IMG/VR virus record: IMGVR_UViG_3300037351_000019
Coordinates: 1-52,964 of that record
DNA length: 52,964 nucleotides
DNA from: a virus
Taxonomy: Duplodnaviria; Caudoviricetes
Direction: 5' to 3' (one strand)
A program made the translations under genes and the position numbers. The notes below the pieces were generated by a model, which saw only the letters and a program-made list of their open reading frames with translations, was not told the origin of the DNA and ran no database searches. Numbering within the stretch: the first letter of the stretch is position 1; each line of letters begins with the position of its first letter. This document shows, one piece after another, positions 16,580 to 26,419 of this stretch.

Positions 16580-18805
16580 ATGACTCGCAAACTGTCGGAA
16601 CCTAAATCTCGTGGCGAGATAATCTCGTCCTTCGCCTCAATGAAGTTCGCGGCGCCAGCGCCTACAACGACACCAGCCGACACCGCTCCGAAGCCGACCG
16701 CTGACGAACCGACCGATACCGCAGACACCGACGTCGATACCGCCATCTCTTCACTGCGCGACGATCTGAACGCCGCCATCAAAGCTCAGGCCGCGGACCC
16801 CGATGCGACGACGGACGACAACGACACGAAGGTCTCTGACGTGTTGGCTGAGATGGACAAGTTGCTCACGACTCTCGAGACCGACCAGAAGGCCGACGAC
16901 GCTGGGGATGCGGAACAGACCCCCGACCCTTCGAAAGCCCCGCCGACTGAACAGAACGAGACGCCCGCGAAACTCGCACTCGCGCCCGAGGACACGACGA
17001 CGCCAGTCATCAATCCCGTTGACGAATCGGGCAACGTCGATCCTGACGCCATCTGTGCGACGGACGGATGCGGCCACCTTGCAAGCGTGCACAACGACAC
17101 CGACACTGGCGAGAACTCAGGAGCGTGCACCGCACCAGAATGCCAGTGCCAGGAACTTACGTTCGGCTCGAACACCACCGATGGAGAACTAGCTCCCACG
17201 GGTGAAGGCGGTGGCCCGGACAATCAAGGCGGTGACGGGATGGCCTCGCGTGGGAAGTCATTCGCTGACGCCGTCAGCCCGGTGACGAGTGACGACTCTG
17301 CGCCGGTCGCTGGCGATCCCATTGGCGGGGATGATGAATTGAACCTCCCGCCCGAGATGTCCGGTGGGATGAACATGGGACCAGCGTTCACGATTCCTGT
17401 GGCGATAATCGAAGGCCAGCCCACAGGCGACGGACGAGACATCGCTCTCAATGCTCTGTCATGGGGTCCACCACCGTATGCGTTGATGGGCATGGCGACC
17501 AGCACGCACGATCCGATGGGCTTCGATCCCAATGATCCTGCGGTCCTCTGTGGAAGAATCGATTCCTTCGAACGCGCGTCAGGTCAGGGTGATACCCAAG
17601 TCATCATCGGCAAGGGATATTTCTTAGCGAATGAAGACGGGATGTACTTCGCGGACCTCTTGGACCAGATGGGCCGACTTCCGGTTTCGGGAGATGTGAC
17701 GGTGGATGAATCAGAAGTCATCGTCGGTGAAGTCGACGAGTACGGTTGGCCGATGGACATGAGTGAGACGTTGACCAAAGGCACGCTTGCTGCAGTAACA
17801 ATTCTCCCGTTCGGTCCAGCCTTCGAAGGCGCGTACATCGTTCTCGGAGACGGTGGGGAGACCCAAGCCATTCCTGTGACGTCCGATGACGTCCCGGCCA
17901 TGCCTCCCGCACTTGCCGCAGGTGGTCAGATCGTCCACTGGATCGCCGCCTCGGATTGCGTTCCCTGTGACCAAGGGCTTGAGGTAATGCTTGCCAGTGG
18001 TGGACCGTCCAAGCCTCCCAAGGCGTGGTTCGAAGATCCGAAGTTCTCCATTGATGACGGAAGGCTCATGTCGTTCATCGCCCAGGGCGACAAGGGCAAG
18101 ATGATCTCCGGTTACGCCTGCCCTCCTACGGTTACCGAAGAAGGCGAGGTCTACGGACACCTTGCTCCGTGGGGCGTGTGCCACATCGGCCAACGTGGGA
18201 AGTGCGTCACTGCTCCGCATTCAGGTGTTGACTACGCGCACTTCAAGCGCGGCCAACATGTGATTACTGCAGAAGGTGAAACGATCCGCGTCGGAGTCTT
18301 AACTGCGAACACGGGCCACGCTGACCTTCGTCTTGGAGCAAATGCGACAATGGCGCACTACGACAACACGGCCTTCCAAGCGGCTGACGTCGTGATGTTC
18401 GAAGATGAATTCGGCATTGCGTATCACGGAGCGTTACGTCCCGATGCCACCGAAGCCCAGGTCAGGATGCTCCGCGCCTCCGCGTTGTCAGGCGACTGGC
18501 GCGAGATTGGCGGTCAGTTGGAACTCGTTGCTGCTTTGGCAGTGAATCAACCCGGCTTCCCAATGGCGATAACGGCTCACGGTTCGGTTACCGCACTCAC
18601 GGCCGCGGGCTCGTGGCAGATGTTCGTCCTTGGTCATCCTGAGATTTCAGACCTGACCGAAGAGGACGGCGCGACGCTGGCGAAACTTGCACGAGGTCCG
18701 ATGATCCGACTCGTCCGCAGGGACGCCACTGAACGACTCGCGAAGAACCGAAGTGACGTCGCAAAGAACGCTCGCGAGCGAATCGCAAAGTTAGAAAGGG
18801 TCTGA
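16580..18805 (+). CDS. Capsid maturation protease with long acidic N-terminal region
   Basis: RBS AGGAGAG; EGQPTGDGR, GHLAPWGVCHIG, AHYDNT, LSGDWR..GG.LELVAALAVN.PGFP. Confidence 0.75.
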   Translation: MTRKLSEPKSRGEIISSFASMKFAAPAPTTTPADTAPKPTADEPTDTADTDVDTAISSLRDDLNAAIKAQAADPDATTDDNDTKVSDVLAEMDKLLTTLETDQKADDAGDAEQTPDPSKAPPTEQNETPAKLALAPEDTTTPVINPVDESGNVDPDAICATDGCGHLASVHNDTDTGENSGACTAPECQCQELTFGSNTTDGELAPTGEGGGPDNQGGDGMASRGKSFADAVSPVTSDDSAPVAGDPIGGDDELNLPPEMSGGMNMGPAFTIPVAIIEGQPTGDGRDIALNALSWGPPPYALMGMATSTHDPMGFDPNDPAVLCGRIDSFERASGQGDTQVIIGKGYFLANEDGMYFADLLDQMGRLPVSGDVTVDESEVIVGEVDEYGWPMDMSETLTKGTLAAVTILPFGPAFEGAYIVLGDGGETQAIPVTSDDVPAMPPALAAGGQIVHWIAASDCVPCDQGLEVMLASGGPSKPPKAWFEDPKFSIDDGRLMSFIAQGDKGKMISGYACPPTVTEEGEVYGHLAPWGVCHIGQRGKCVTAPHSGVDYAHFKRGQHVITAEGETIRVGVLTANTGHADLRLGANATMAHYDNTAFQAADVVMFEDEFGIAYHGALRPDATEAQVRMLRASALSGDWREIGGQLELVAALAVNQPGFPMAITAHGSVTALTAAGSWQMFVLGHPEISDLTEEDGATLAKLARGPMIRLVRRDATERLAKNRSDVAKNARERIAKLERV

Positions 18806-18929
18806 CGTGTTGTGGACCGTCGCGGCGTTCGTGGTTGGCTTCGTGATCCTCCCCTGCGCTGTATGGAAACTAATGGATGCCTTGGATGATCAGGGCTATC
18901 TGACAAATCGAAATCGAAAGTAGGACATC

Positions 18930-19319
18930 ATGGCCGTAGGAGCATCCGCAACGATCGTCAACGCACTGTTGGCGTCAATACTGAACGGGACCGCATTCAC
19001 GACGTACTCGAACCCCTACGTTCAGTTGCACACCGGTAACCCCGGCGCGGCAGGGACATCCAACATCGCCGGCGAGTCAACTCGAGAACAGATGACCGGA
19101 ACATTCGTCGTCTCTGCCGGTGCTTCGACGAATCCGGCTGCGGTTAACTGGACCTCCGTTTCTACTGCCGAGACCTACACTGACGTCTCGTTATGGTCGT
19201 TGGCGACCGGTGGGACGTTCCTCGGCTCGGGAACCATCACTGCGAATGCTGTTTCGGTCGGTGACAATTTCCAAATTCCCATTGGTGATCTCTCGATCTC
19301 CATGCCGACCGCCAGTTAA
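18930..19319 (+). CDS. Small virion structural protein (tail-fibre associated family)
   Basis: YVQLHTGNPG, LWSLATGGTFLG and GDNFQIPIGDL motifs. Confidence 0.7.
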   Translation: MAVGASATIVNALLASILNGTAFTTYSNPYVQLHTGNPGAAGTSNIAGESTREQMTGTFVVSAGASTNPAAVNWTSVSTAETYTDVSLWSLATGGTFLGSGTITANAVSVGDNFQIPIGDLSISMPTAS

Positions 19320-19322
19320 GCC

Positions 19323-21767
19323 ATGACGAAGTGGCTAGTAGCCACAGGCGTAGGTTCAGACTCCAACGGCGGAACGTCTATATCGGTTCTTGCCACGGGA
19401 ACTGACGGGATCGCGAACTCTGCAGCGGGGTTAACCAAGTTCACGTCGATCTCTGCAACGTGGACCTCGGCCCTGATAGGTCAAGCAATCCGGGCGTCCT
19501 CAGGAACTTTGACGCGCCTGATTTCGGCGGTTCAGGCATCTCAGAGCATCGCGACGGCCGTCACGGCCAGTGGCCTCACGACATTCACTTCAGCGGGTCT
19601 GTTTAACGCGACCATGTTGGGTTGCGCGGTCTCTGGTCCGGGGATAGCGGCAGGTACTTACATCTCGGCCTATACCAACTCATCGTCGATGACGCTCTCG
19701 GCTGCTGCTGGCGCGGGGTTCGGTTCAGGTGCAGCGACCATCGGGCCGTTACTCACAACCACCGGAACGACGAACTTCACCGCTGCAACAGGTCAGACGT
19801 GGACAGTCGGCGGCATGAAGGCCACGCTCAACCAGTGCCTCGTCACCGCATCAGGTCTGAAAAACGTCCTCGCAGCAGGCGACCTCATCTACGAAGGCGC
19901 GGGGACGTACCGCGAGACCGCCGCCAACGCAGTCTCCGGTTCGCAACTCTCCACCACCTACAACGGGACGAACGGGTCGTCGCTCACGACGCTCGGTTCC
20001 GTCATCACTTTGACCTCGACTACAGGACTCGTCGCGCCTCCTTCGGGTTACTACAACCAAGGCTCCGTCGTCACTTCGACGGTCATATTGAACACGTTGC
20101 TGGCGACTGCGGGCACCTATACCATCACCATCGCGGGCTACACGGCGTACACAGCGGCGTGGAACGTCACTGCCGCTGCACTCCAAACCGCTCTGAGCAA
20201 TGGAACGAACGGCCCGGCTGGTACGACTGTGACGTTCGGGTCATTGCCAACCTCGACGGCGGGGCCTGGCGTGTACCAAATCCTCGTTCCAGGTCAACTC
20301 GCTGTCACTGCGAGTTTCACTGGGCTGACGGGCGGGTCACCGACCATCGTTGGCAGTGCAGTCGTCGGATTCACGTGGACCGGCATCTCTGGTTCGACCT
20401 TGACGGGAGTTACGTTCCTCACCAACAACACAGTGACTTCAGCAGCAACGGTTGCGAGTTCGGCAACGCTTCTGGTCTCTACGCCTATCTGGGTTATTGG
20501 AGATGTGGACGGGGCACAGACGGGACAGGCAGGGCAAGTCACTCACTCCGCATTTACCACGAACGACACAACGGCACCGAGTGCGACCGTGCTTCTGGCT
20601 CTTGCCGCGACAACGAACCTTTCGTTTGCGCTCGTGACGTTCGTCAACGGAACTGGCGGGGGGACCGTAACGAACACCGCTGCGGCTGCCATCAACTGGT
20701 ACACCTTCATTGATTGCCAGTTCAACTCCATAATGCAATTCAGTAACCCTCAGATATTCCTTAAGTCCTCGACTACTGGCTTGGCGATGTGCGTCATCGT
20801 TGATCGGTGCTCAGGGGGACTTATTTCGTCGGGCGGCTTTGTGGAAATAAATCCGGCGACAACCGCTTCGGGCTCTGCTGACTTCGACTTGCTCTGCGTC
20901 GTCAGGAACTGCTTGGCGTTCCCAGCCTTCGGATTCGGCGTCTCCTGCTCGGCTACGGGAACCGCAGCCTTCAACCCTGGTGGGGTTCGTTCGTTCAACA
21001 ACGACTTCTACGCCTCAACCGGCGTCCAAACGACCCCTGCGTCGCGTGTGTCAACCACCATTCCTTGCGAGGCTCACGACAACCTACTCATCACCAACGG
21101 GGCGGCTGTCTCTGCTGGCACGTCCGGCCAACTTGTGGAGGACCACAACATCCTCATCTCTGGAACGCCGCGAACCAACGTCACCGCAGGCACAGGTTCA
21201 CAGACAACCGCCTACGCCCCTCTTTTGGAACTCGGTCAGTCCTTCAAGTGGGCTGGGGTCTTTCGTCAGTTCATGGCCCCCGATGGTCCAAGTTCACCAC
21301 TGTTGGGATTCGGGAACTCAGCGGGAGCGCCAAGCGTGGACTGGGCGAACCGAAACCGGCCGAGCGGGGGGAAGTCAGCATTGAACGCGGTGGGGTATGC
21401 GGAGTTGCACGATTTCGCGATTCAGGATACGAGTGTGTTCCCTTCGGGGGGCAGTTCGAGCGGCAAACTCATCGGCCCTGGCGATCAGTTCTTGTTCATC
21501 CCCGTTGACGCGACGTCGACGGTCATCACGATTCAGCTCTACATGAGCAGTGGTTACGGAGGATCGAACTATGCCGCTGCGACCCTTCATGCTTCGGGTG
21601 AACTTGGCACCGCCGCGCAAACCCAAACGTGCAGTTCGACCCTCTCGACATGGCAGACGCTGACGTTCAGCGCCATCACCCCGAGCAAGCAGGGCTACGT
21701 GATTCTTCAAATTGACAGTTACGACACGAGCGGAACGGCAACGGTCAACTTTGGCGCGATAACTTGA
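19323..21767 (+). CDS. Large Thr/Gly/Ser-rich structural protein, possible beta-helix
   Basis: AGDLIYEGAGTYRE motif as in pectin-lyase-like folds; composition. Confidence 0.6.
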   Translation: MTKWLVATGVGSDSNGGTSISVLATGTDGIANSAAGLTKFTSISATWTSALIGQAIRASSGTLTRLISAVQASQSIATAVTASGLTTFTSAGLFNATMLGCAVSGPGIAAGTYISAYTNSSSMTLSAAAGAGFGSGAATIGPLLTTTGTTNFTAATGQTWTVGGMKATLNQCLVTASGLKNVLAAGDLIYEGAGTYRETAANAVSGSQLSTTYNGTNGSSLTTLGSVITLTSTTGLVAPPSGYYNQGSVVTSTVILNTLLATAGTYTITIAGYTAYTAAWNVTAAALQTALSNGTNGPAGTTVTFGSLPTSTAGPGVYQILVPGQLAVTASFTGLTGGSPTIVGSAVVGFTWTGISGSTLTGVTFLTNNTVTSAATVASSATLLVSTPIWVIGDVDGAQTGQAGQVTHSAFTTNDTTAPSATVLLALAATTNLSFALVTFVNGTGGGTVTNTAAAAINWYTFIDCQFNSIMQFSNPQIFLKSSTTGLAMCVIVDRCSGGLISSGGFVEINPATTASGSADFDLLCVVRNCLAFPAFGFGVSCSATGTAAFNPGGVRSFNNDFYASTGVQTTPASRVSTTIPCEAHDNLLITNGAAVSAGTSGQLVEDHNILISGTPRTNVTAGTGSQTTAYAPLLELGQSFKWAGVFRQFMAPDGPSSPLLGFGNSAGAPSVDWANRNRPSGGKSALNAVGYAELHDFAIQDTSVFPSGGSSSGKLIGPGDQFLFIPVDATSTVITIQLYMSSGYGGSNYAAATLHASGELGTAAQTQTCSSTLSTWQTLTFSAITPSKQGYVILQIDSYDTSGTATVNFGAIT

Positions 21768-21768
21768 G

Positions 21769-23409
21769 ATGACCGCGAACTCGAATAACGTCAATTACTT
21801 CCTGCGTGACGGCACGGTCATATTCCGTTGGGCGCTCGGATCAATCTCTGAAGGAACTGGCGCGGTTGATTACTTCTCGCGTAGTGGAACGGTTCTCTTC
21901 CAAGGCGTCATTCAACCTGCACTCACCACCGTCACGGGAACCGCAAGTGTCACCTTCGGCAACCTCGCGATTACTTCGACCTCGCAGAAGACCGTCTTCG
22001 GGCACTCGTCAGTAGCGCTAGGCAACTTGTCAATAACCGCAACGAGCAAACGCACCACGTTCGCCACTTCGTCTGTGACCTTCGCAAACCTCAGCATCAC
22101 CGCAATCTCGCGCGACACGGTCGTTGGGAACGCGACTGTTTCATTTGGCAATCTCTCCATCTCAGCGACATCGAAAAGAACAGTCCTTGGCGTATCTTCC
22201 ATCACCGCTGGCAATCTTTCGATCGGCGCCACCTCGAAGAGAACCGTTTTCGGCTCGTCATCCGTTTCCGCTGGAAATCTCAATGTCACAGCCACGAGCA
22301 AACGAACCGTCTTCTCTACTTCATCAGTGCCCTTTGGTGCATTGGGAATTAGTGCAACGAGCACGCGGACAACGTTTGCCACATCAACGTTACATTTCGG
22401 GAATCTCTCAATCGCCGCAACGTCAGAGGAAATAGTTACTGGAAACGCGACGATTACGTTTGGTTCGCTCGCCCTTACGGCGACGTCGAAGAAGACGGTC
22501 ATTGGAAGTGCGAGCGTCGCATTGGGATCACTGGCAATCTCCGCGGCCTCCAAGAGGACGACCTTCGCGATGTCTGCCGTGACCTTTGGCAACCTGAGCA
22601 TTTCCGCGACCTCGAAGGCGACGGTCATCGGTACTTCCTCAGTCACCTTCGGAAATCTGTCTATCTTGGCCACGTCACAAAAGACGGTGCTTGGAACGTC
22701 GGGCATTTCATTCGCGAATCTCGCGATTTCAGCGACGAGCCAGAAAACAGTCTTCGGAAATTCAACTGTCGCTCTGGGGAACCTCTCGATATCGGCTACT
22801 TCGAAACGCACCACGCACGCGACAGCAAGCGTGACGTTCGGGAACCTCTCGATCGAAGCCACGTCCACGGAGTACGTCATCGGTCACGCCACGATCACCT
22901 TTGGAGCGTTGAGCATCGAAGCGACTTCACAGGTGACTGCCTTCGGAACCTCGTCGGTGAATCTCGGGAACCTGAGTATCACTTCGACAAGCCAACGAAC
23001 GACCTTTGCGACCTCCAGTGTTTCGTTTGACGCTCTCGCCATCAATTCACTGAGTCAACGAACGGCCTTCGGAACTTCGTCAGTCTCATTCGACTCACTC
23101 TCCATCATCGTTACGGGATTTGGCTACATCCCAGGCTCGGCGAGTGTGAGCTTTGGAAACTTGGATATTGAAGCGGTCTCGTCGTTCACCGTGACGGGGA
23201 CTGCATCATTGGAGTTTTCATCCTTGAATCTCTCGGCGTCGGGCATGGGGTTCGTCGTGGGAATCTGCGTGATCAATTTCTGTCCCGAGTGTGAACCGTC
23301 TAACGGAACTGGCGTCCTACCAGGGACGTTGTATCAGACTGTGCCTAAGAGATCGACGGGGCACACTCGCAGGAGCAACGGACGATCCGCACCTTCACGG
23401 AGACGTTAG
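21769..23409 (+). CDS. Fibre-like protein with 21 tandem 21-aa repeats
   Basis: Consensus TVFGTSSVTFGNLSISATSKR over about 21928-23250. Confidence 0.75.
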   Translation: MTANSNNVNYFLRDGTVIFRWALGSISEGTGAVDYFSRSGTVLFQGVIQPALTTVTGTASVTFGNLAITSTSQKTVFGHSSVALGNLSITATSKRTTFATSSVTFANLSITAISRDTVVGNATVSFGNLSISATSKRTVLGVSSITAGNLSIGATSKRTVFGSSSVSAGNLNVTATSKRTVFSTSSVPFGALGISATSTRTTFATSTLHFGNLSIAATSEEIVTGNATITFGSLALTATSKKTVIGSASVALGSLAISAASKRTTFAMSAVTFGNLSISATSKATVIGTSSVTFGNLSILATSQKTVLGTSGISFANLAISATSQKTVFGNSTVALGNLSISATSKRTTHATASVTFGNLSIEATSTEYVIGHATITFGALSIEATSQVTAFGTSSVNLGNLSITSTSQRTTFATSSVSFDALAINSLSQRTAFGTSSVSFDSLSIIVTGFGYIPGSASVSFGNLDIEAVSSFTVTGTASLEFSSLNLSASGMGFVVGICVINFCPECEPSNGTGVLPGTLYQTVPKRSTGHTRRSNGRSAPSRRR

Positions 23410-23430
23410 AAGTTCCTGTCTTACGGATGC

Positions 23431-23459
23431 TTGACATTGCGATAATCGCGTCTTAACAT
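23431..23459 (+). promoter_or_regulatory. Sigma-A-type promoter for the capsid operon
   Basis: TTGACA-17 nt-TAACAT in intergenic DNA. Confidence 0.65.
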
Positions 23460-23567
23460 TCCGAGCAGTAAAGGCGAAGTCTCGATCAATTCGAGATGGA
23501 ACTCTGCCGATGAATTCGGTTTCCTAAGACGCAACAATGCGTCGAACATTTACAGGAGCCGAATTCC

Positions 23568-25295
23568 ATGTCACTTCTTTCGACCATCAGGGCTGAAAAT
23601 GATGAGGCCGCACGAGCGACACTCATCAACGAACTCTCGTCCGACGAACTCGCGAAACTCCAAGCCGAGATTCTTGAAGTCGATTCATCCATCGACGACA
23701 ACGACGATTCCGTTGCCACGCTTGAAACAATCGTCGAGTTGGCGGACATCGCCGACTCCGTGACGGCGCGTAAGACCTCTCTCGAGACCGAGAAGGCCGC
23801 AGCCGCCGAAGCCCGAAACGCCGCGCGCGCCCGCATCAAGGCCGCGACCGGTGGAACCGAGGACGAAGAGCCTGAAGGTGAGAAGCCCGAGGAAGAGGTC
23901 ACCGCCGAAGTCGAAGAGCCAGCCGAAGGCGAGAAGGTCGCGGTCACCGCGTCCGCTCTGCGCTCAAGCCCTGCCAAGATGGCGAAGGTCTCGACTCGCT
24001 CTATTTCACCTGAGTTGACGCCGACCACGAGCAAGCGGACTTCACTGGTTGCAGTGGGTCAGTTGGAGCGCCACTCCAACGGCGATGAGTTCGCCACCGG
24101 CAACGAGGGACGTTACGACCTCGCTGAGGAAATGTCCTTCACCCTCGAAGGACTCGACCCCACCGCCGCCAACGGCAAGGTCAAGATCGCCCGCGCTCGT
24201 TGGGCCGATCAGTACGAGGCTTCTCGCCGGCTCTCCGGGCAATCGACCCCGGAGGACTTCAAGAAGCTCGACGCCGTCACAACCCCCCAAGCGATTGCGG
24301 CTTCCGGTGGTGTGTGTCTGCCGACCAACGTGGACTACTCACTCGATGTCTGGGCGAGCCAGGACCGACCAGTTCGTGACGGACTCGCGGCCTTCCAGGT
24401 GAATCGTGGTGGTTTGGTTTACCGCCAGCCGAACACCATCGGTGCGCTGTCGGGTTCATTCACCGAATGGACCGAGGCGACCGACGCCGACCCTGGTGAC
24501 AACGTCAAGAACGTTCTCGCCATCACCTGTGAATCACCTGTCCAGGTCTACGTCAACGCAATGGTCACCCGTCTGGGCTTCGGTAACCTCATGGGTCAGT
24601 TCGACCCCGAGACGATCGCAAGCAACACGGACCTCGCGATGGCCTACGCCGCGCGCGCCGCTGACGCTGCGTTGTGGACGCAGATTCAGACCTTCACCAC
24701 CAACACGATCACGTCGGCGTCGCAGTTGGGTGCCTCTCGCGACCTGTTCACGACCATCATCCAGACCGCGGCGAACTACCGCGTGACGAACCGACTCAAC
24801 CGGGACCAGACGCTGACCTGCATCTTCCCCATCTGGGGCCTTGACATCATCCGCCAGGACCGCGTGATGGAACTTGCACACTCAGCAGACGGCCCGTACG
24901 ACGTCTTCTCGATCACGGATGACGACATCAACAACTGGTTCGACAACTACAACGTGAAGGTCATCTGGTCCCTGGACCCACTTACGGCCAATGCCGGCGC
25001 CGGAACGTACGTCAACCAGAACTTCGGCGCCTTCACTGCGTCTTCGGCTGTTCCGTCCTACCCGACCGAGGTCATGTGGAACCTTTTCATCGAGGGTTCG
25101 ATTCAGTTCCTCGATGGTGGTCGTTTGGACTTGGGCGTTGTTCGAGACGCCACATTGGACTCGACCAACGATTACGAGACCTTCGTGGAAACCTTCGAGA
25201 ACGTCGCCAACCGTGGATTCTCCGGCGGTGTCCTTCAGATCGTCTCGACCACGCACCCTCGCGGTGGATCGTCCGCTACGGTCGCGATCTCCTAA
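23568..25295 (+). CDS. Major capsid (hexamer-type) protein with N-terminal scaffold-like region
   Basis: ASGGVCLP..VDY, RGGL.Y, LDLGVVRD..L.STNDY..F.E motifs as in cluster-B-like actinophages. Confidence 0.85.
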   Translation: MSLLSTIRAENDEAARATLINELSSDELAKLQAEILEVDSSIDDNDDSVATLETIVELADIADSVTARKTSLETEKAAAAEARNAARARIKAATGGTEDEEPEGEKPEEEVTAEVEEPAEGEKVAVTASALRSSPAKMAKVSTRSISPELTPTTSKRTSLVAVGQLERHSNGDEFATGNEGRYDLAEEMSFTLEGLDPTAANGKVKIARARWADQYEASRRLSGQSTPEDFKKLDAVTTPQAIAASGGVCLPTNVDYSLDVWASQDRPVRDGLAAFQVNRGGLVYRQPNTIGALSGSFTEWTEATDADPGDNVKNVLAITCESPVQVYVNAMVTRLGFGNLMGQFDPETIASNTDLAMAYAARAADAALWTQIQTFTTNTITSASQLGASRDLFTTIIQTAANYRVTNRLNRDQTLTCIFPIWGLDIIRQDRVMELAHSADGPYDVFSITDDDINNWFDNYNVKVIWSLDPLTANAGAGTYVNQNFGAFTASSAVPSYPTEVMWNLFIEGSIQFLDGGRLDLGVVRDATLDSTNDYETFVETFENVANRGFSGGVLQIVSTTHPRGGSSATVAIS

Positions 25296-25301
25296 GCCGT
25301 C

Positions 25302-26402
25302 ATGGCCCCGAACGAACCAGGGCTGTACTACCCAGTACCGCCGATACCGCCGAAACCACCGCAGGTCACCCTGCTCGGTTCGTCGATATCTCCGCCGAGC
25401 AACGACGTCATCGACAACGACCAAGGTGTCCTTGACGCCAAGTTGACGTTGAAGAACGCCAGCGATCAGTTCGCGAAGGCTGACTCTCTCGAAGAGAAGC
25501 AGTCCGCGACTGATTCGGTGGATGCCGCCTACGAGGGTGTGTTGAACGCTGTTGCAATGGCGCAGGCAAACCTCGCGAAGCAACTTGGACTTCTTCCGGT
25601 GGAACTGCGGGCCGAACTCGATCTTGACAATGACGAGAAGTGGGTCCGGGGCTTTGCGTATCTGCCGGAAAATGGCAGTGCCGCAATTAACCGCGCGCCG
25701 GGGGATGTCACGACCGTCGATGACCCAACGGAACCGCCGAACCTTGCGAAGGTCGAAGTGCAGCCGTGGGACGTCGGAGTGAAGATGTCCGCATCTTCGT
25801 TGAACGGCGAAGAGCAGATCGACTACCTCGGACGTGTCCAACGTCAAAGTGACGCGGCTGCGCCCTACGGCATTGAGTACGAATTCTGGACCGGAGAATT
25901 GGCGCAAGCCAACTCGTGGCCGAACAACTACCTCGCAAGTTCGAACTCCGAAGACATCACGCCCACCCCCGGAACTCCGGTGACGATGGCCGAAGGTCTG
26001 GGTCTGATTCAGTCGTATCTCTCGAACACGGGCTTTGGTGGACAGGGAATGATTCACTTGGTTCCCGAGGCCGCGCCGAATCTTCTTAATTCACGAAGGG
26101 TAGGAAAGTTCCTACTCGACCAGTTCGACAACATCATCGTTCCCGGAGTTGGGTATCAGGGCACCGGTCCAACCGGCGACGCACCCCCAACGGGCCAGAC
26201 GTGGATCTACGGAACGGACCTCGTTGCCGTCCGCTTGCAGAAGAACCCTGTCGTGTTTCCGAAGTTGCTGAGTCAGGCGCTCGATCGAAGTGAAGGCGGG
26301 AATCCCAACCTGATCACCTTCAGAGCTACGAGATTCGCAGCGGCCTACTGGGACAACCTAAGAGCCGCGGGAGTCCTTGTGTACTTGCCCGGTTACTCGT
26401 AA
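25302..26402 (+). CDS. Second capsid protein (pentamer-type)
   Basis: Directly follows the MCP; EYEFWTG, GMIH, IVPGVGY.GTGP and WIYGT motifs. Confidence 0.65.
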   Translation: MAPNEPGLYYPVPPIPPKPPQVTLLGSSISPPSNDVIDNDQGVLDAKLTLKNASDQFAKADSLEEKQSATDSVDAAYEGVLNAVAMAQANLAKQLGLLPVELRAELDLDNDEKWVRGFAYLPENGSAAINRAPGDVTTVDDPTEPPNLAKVEVQPWDVGVKMSASSLNGEEQIDYLGRVQRQSDAAAPYGIEYEFWTGELAQANSWPNNYLASSNSEDITPTPGTPVTMAEGLGLIQSYLSNTGFGGQGMIHLVPEAAPNLLNSRRVGKFLLDQFDNIIVPGVGYQGTGPTGDAPPTGQTWIYGTDLVAVRLQKNPVVFPKLLSQALDRSEGGNPNLITFRATRFAAAYWDNLRAAGVLVYLPGYS

Positions 26403-26419
26403 ATCGATAAAGGAGAATC

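Noticed and set aside
24882-26057. Long minus-strand ORFs (also 21912-22880 and others)
   Set aside because: They are antisense shadows of codon-biased structural genes and have no recognisable motifs.
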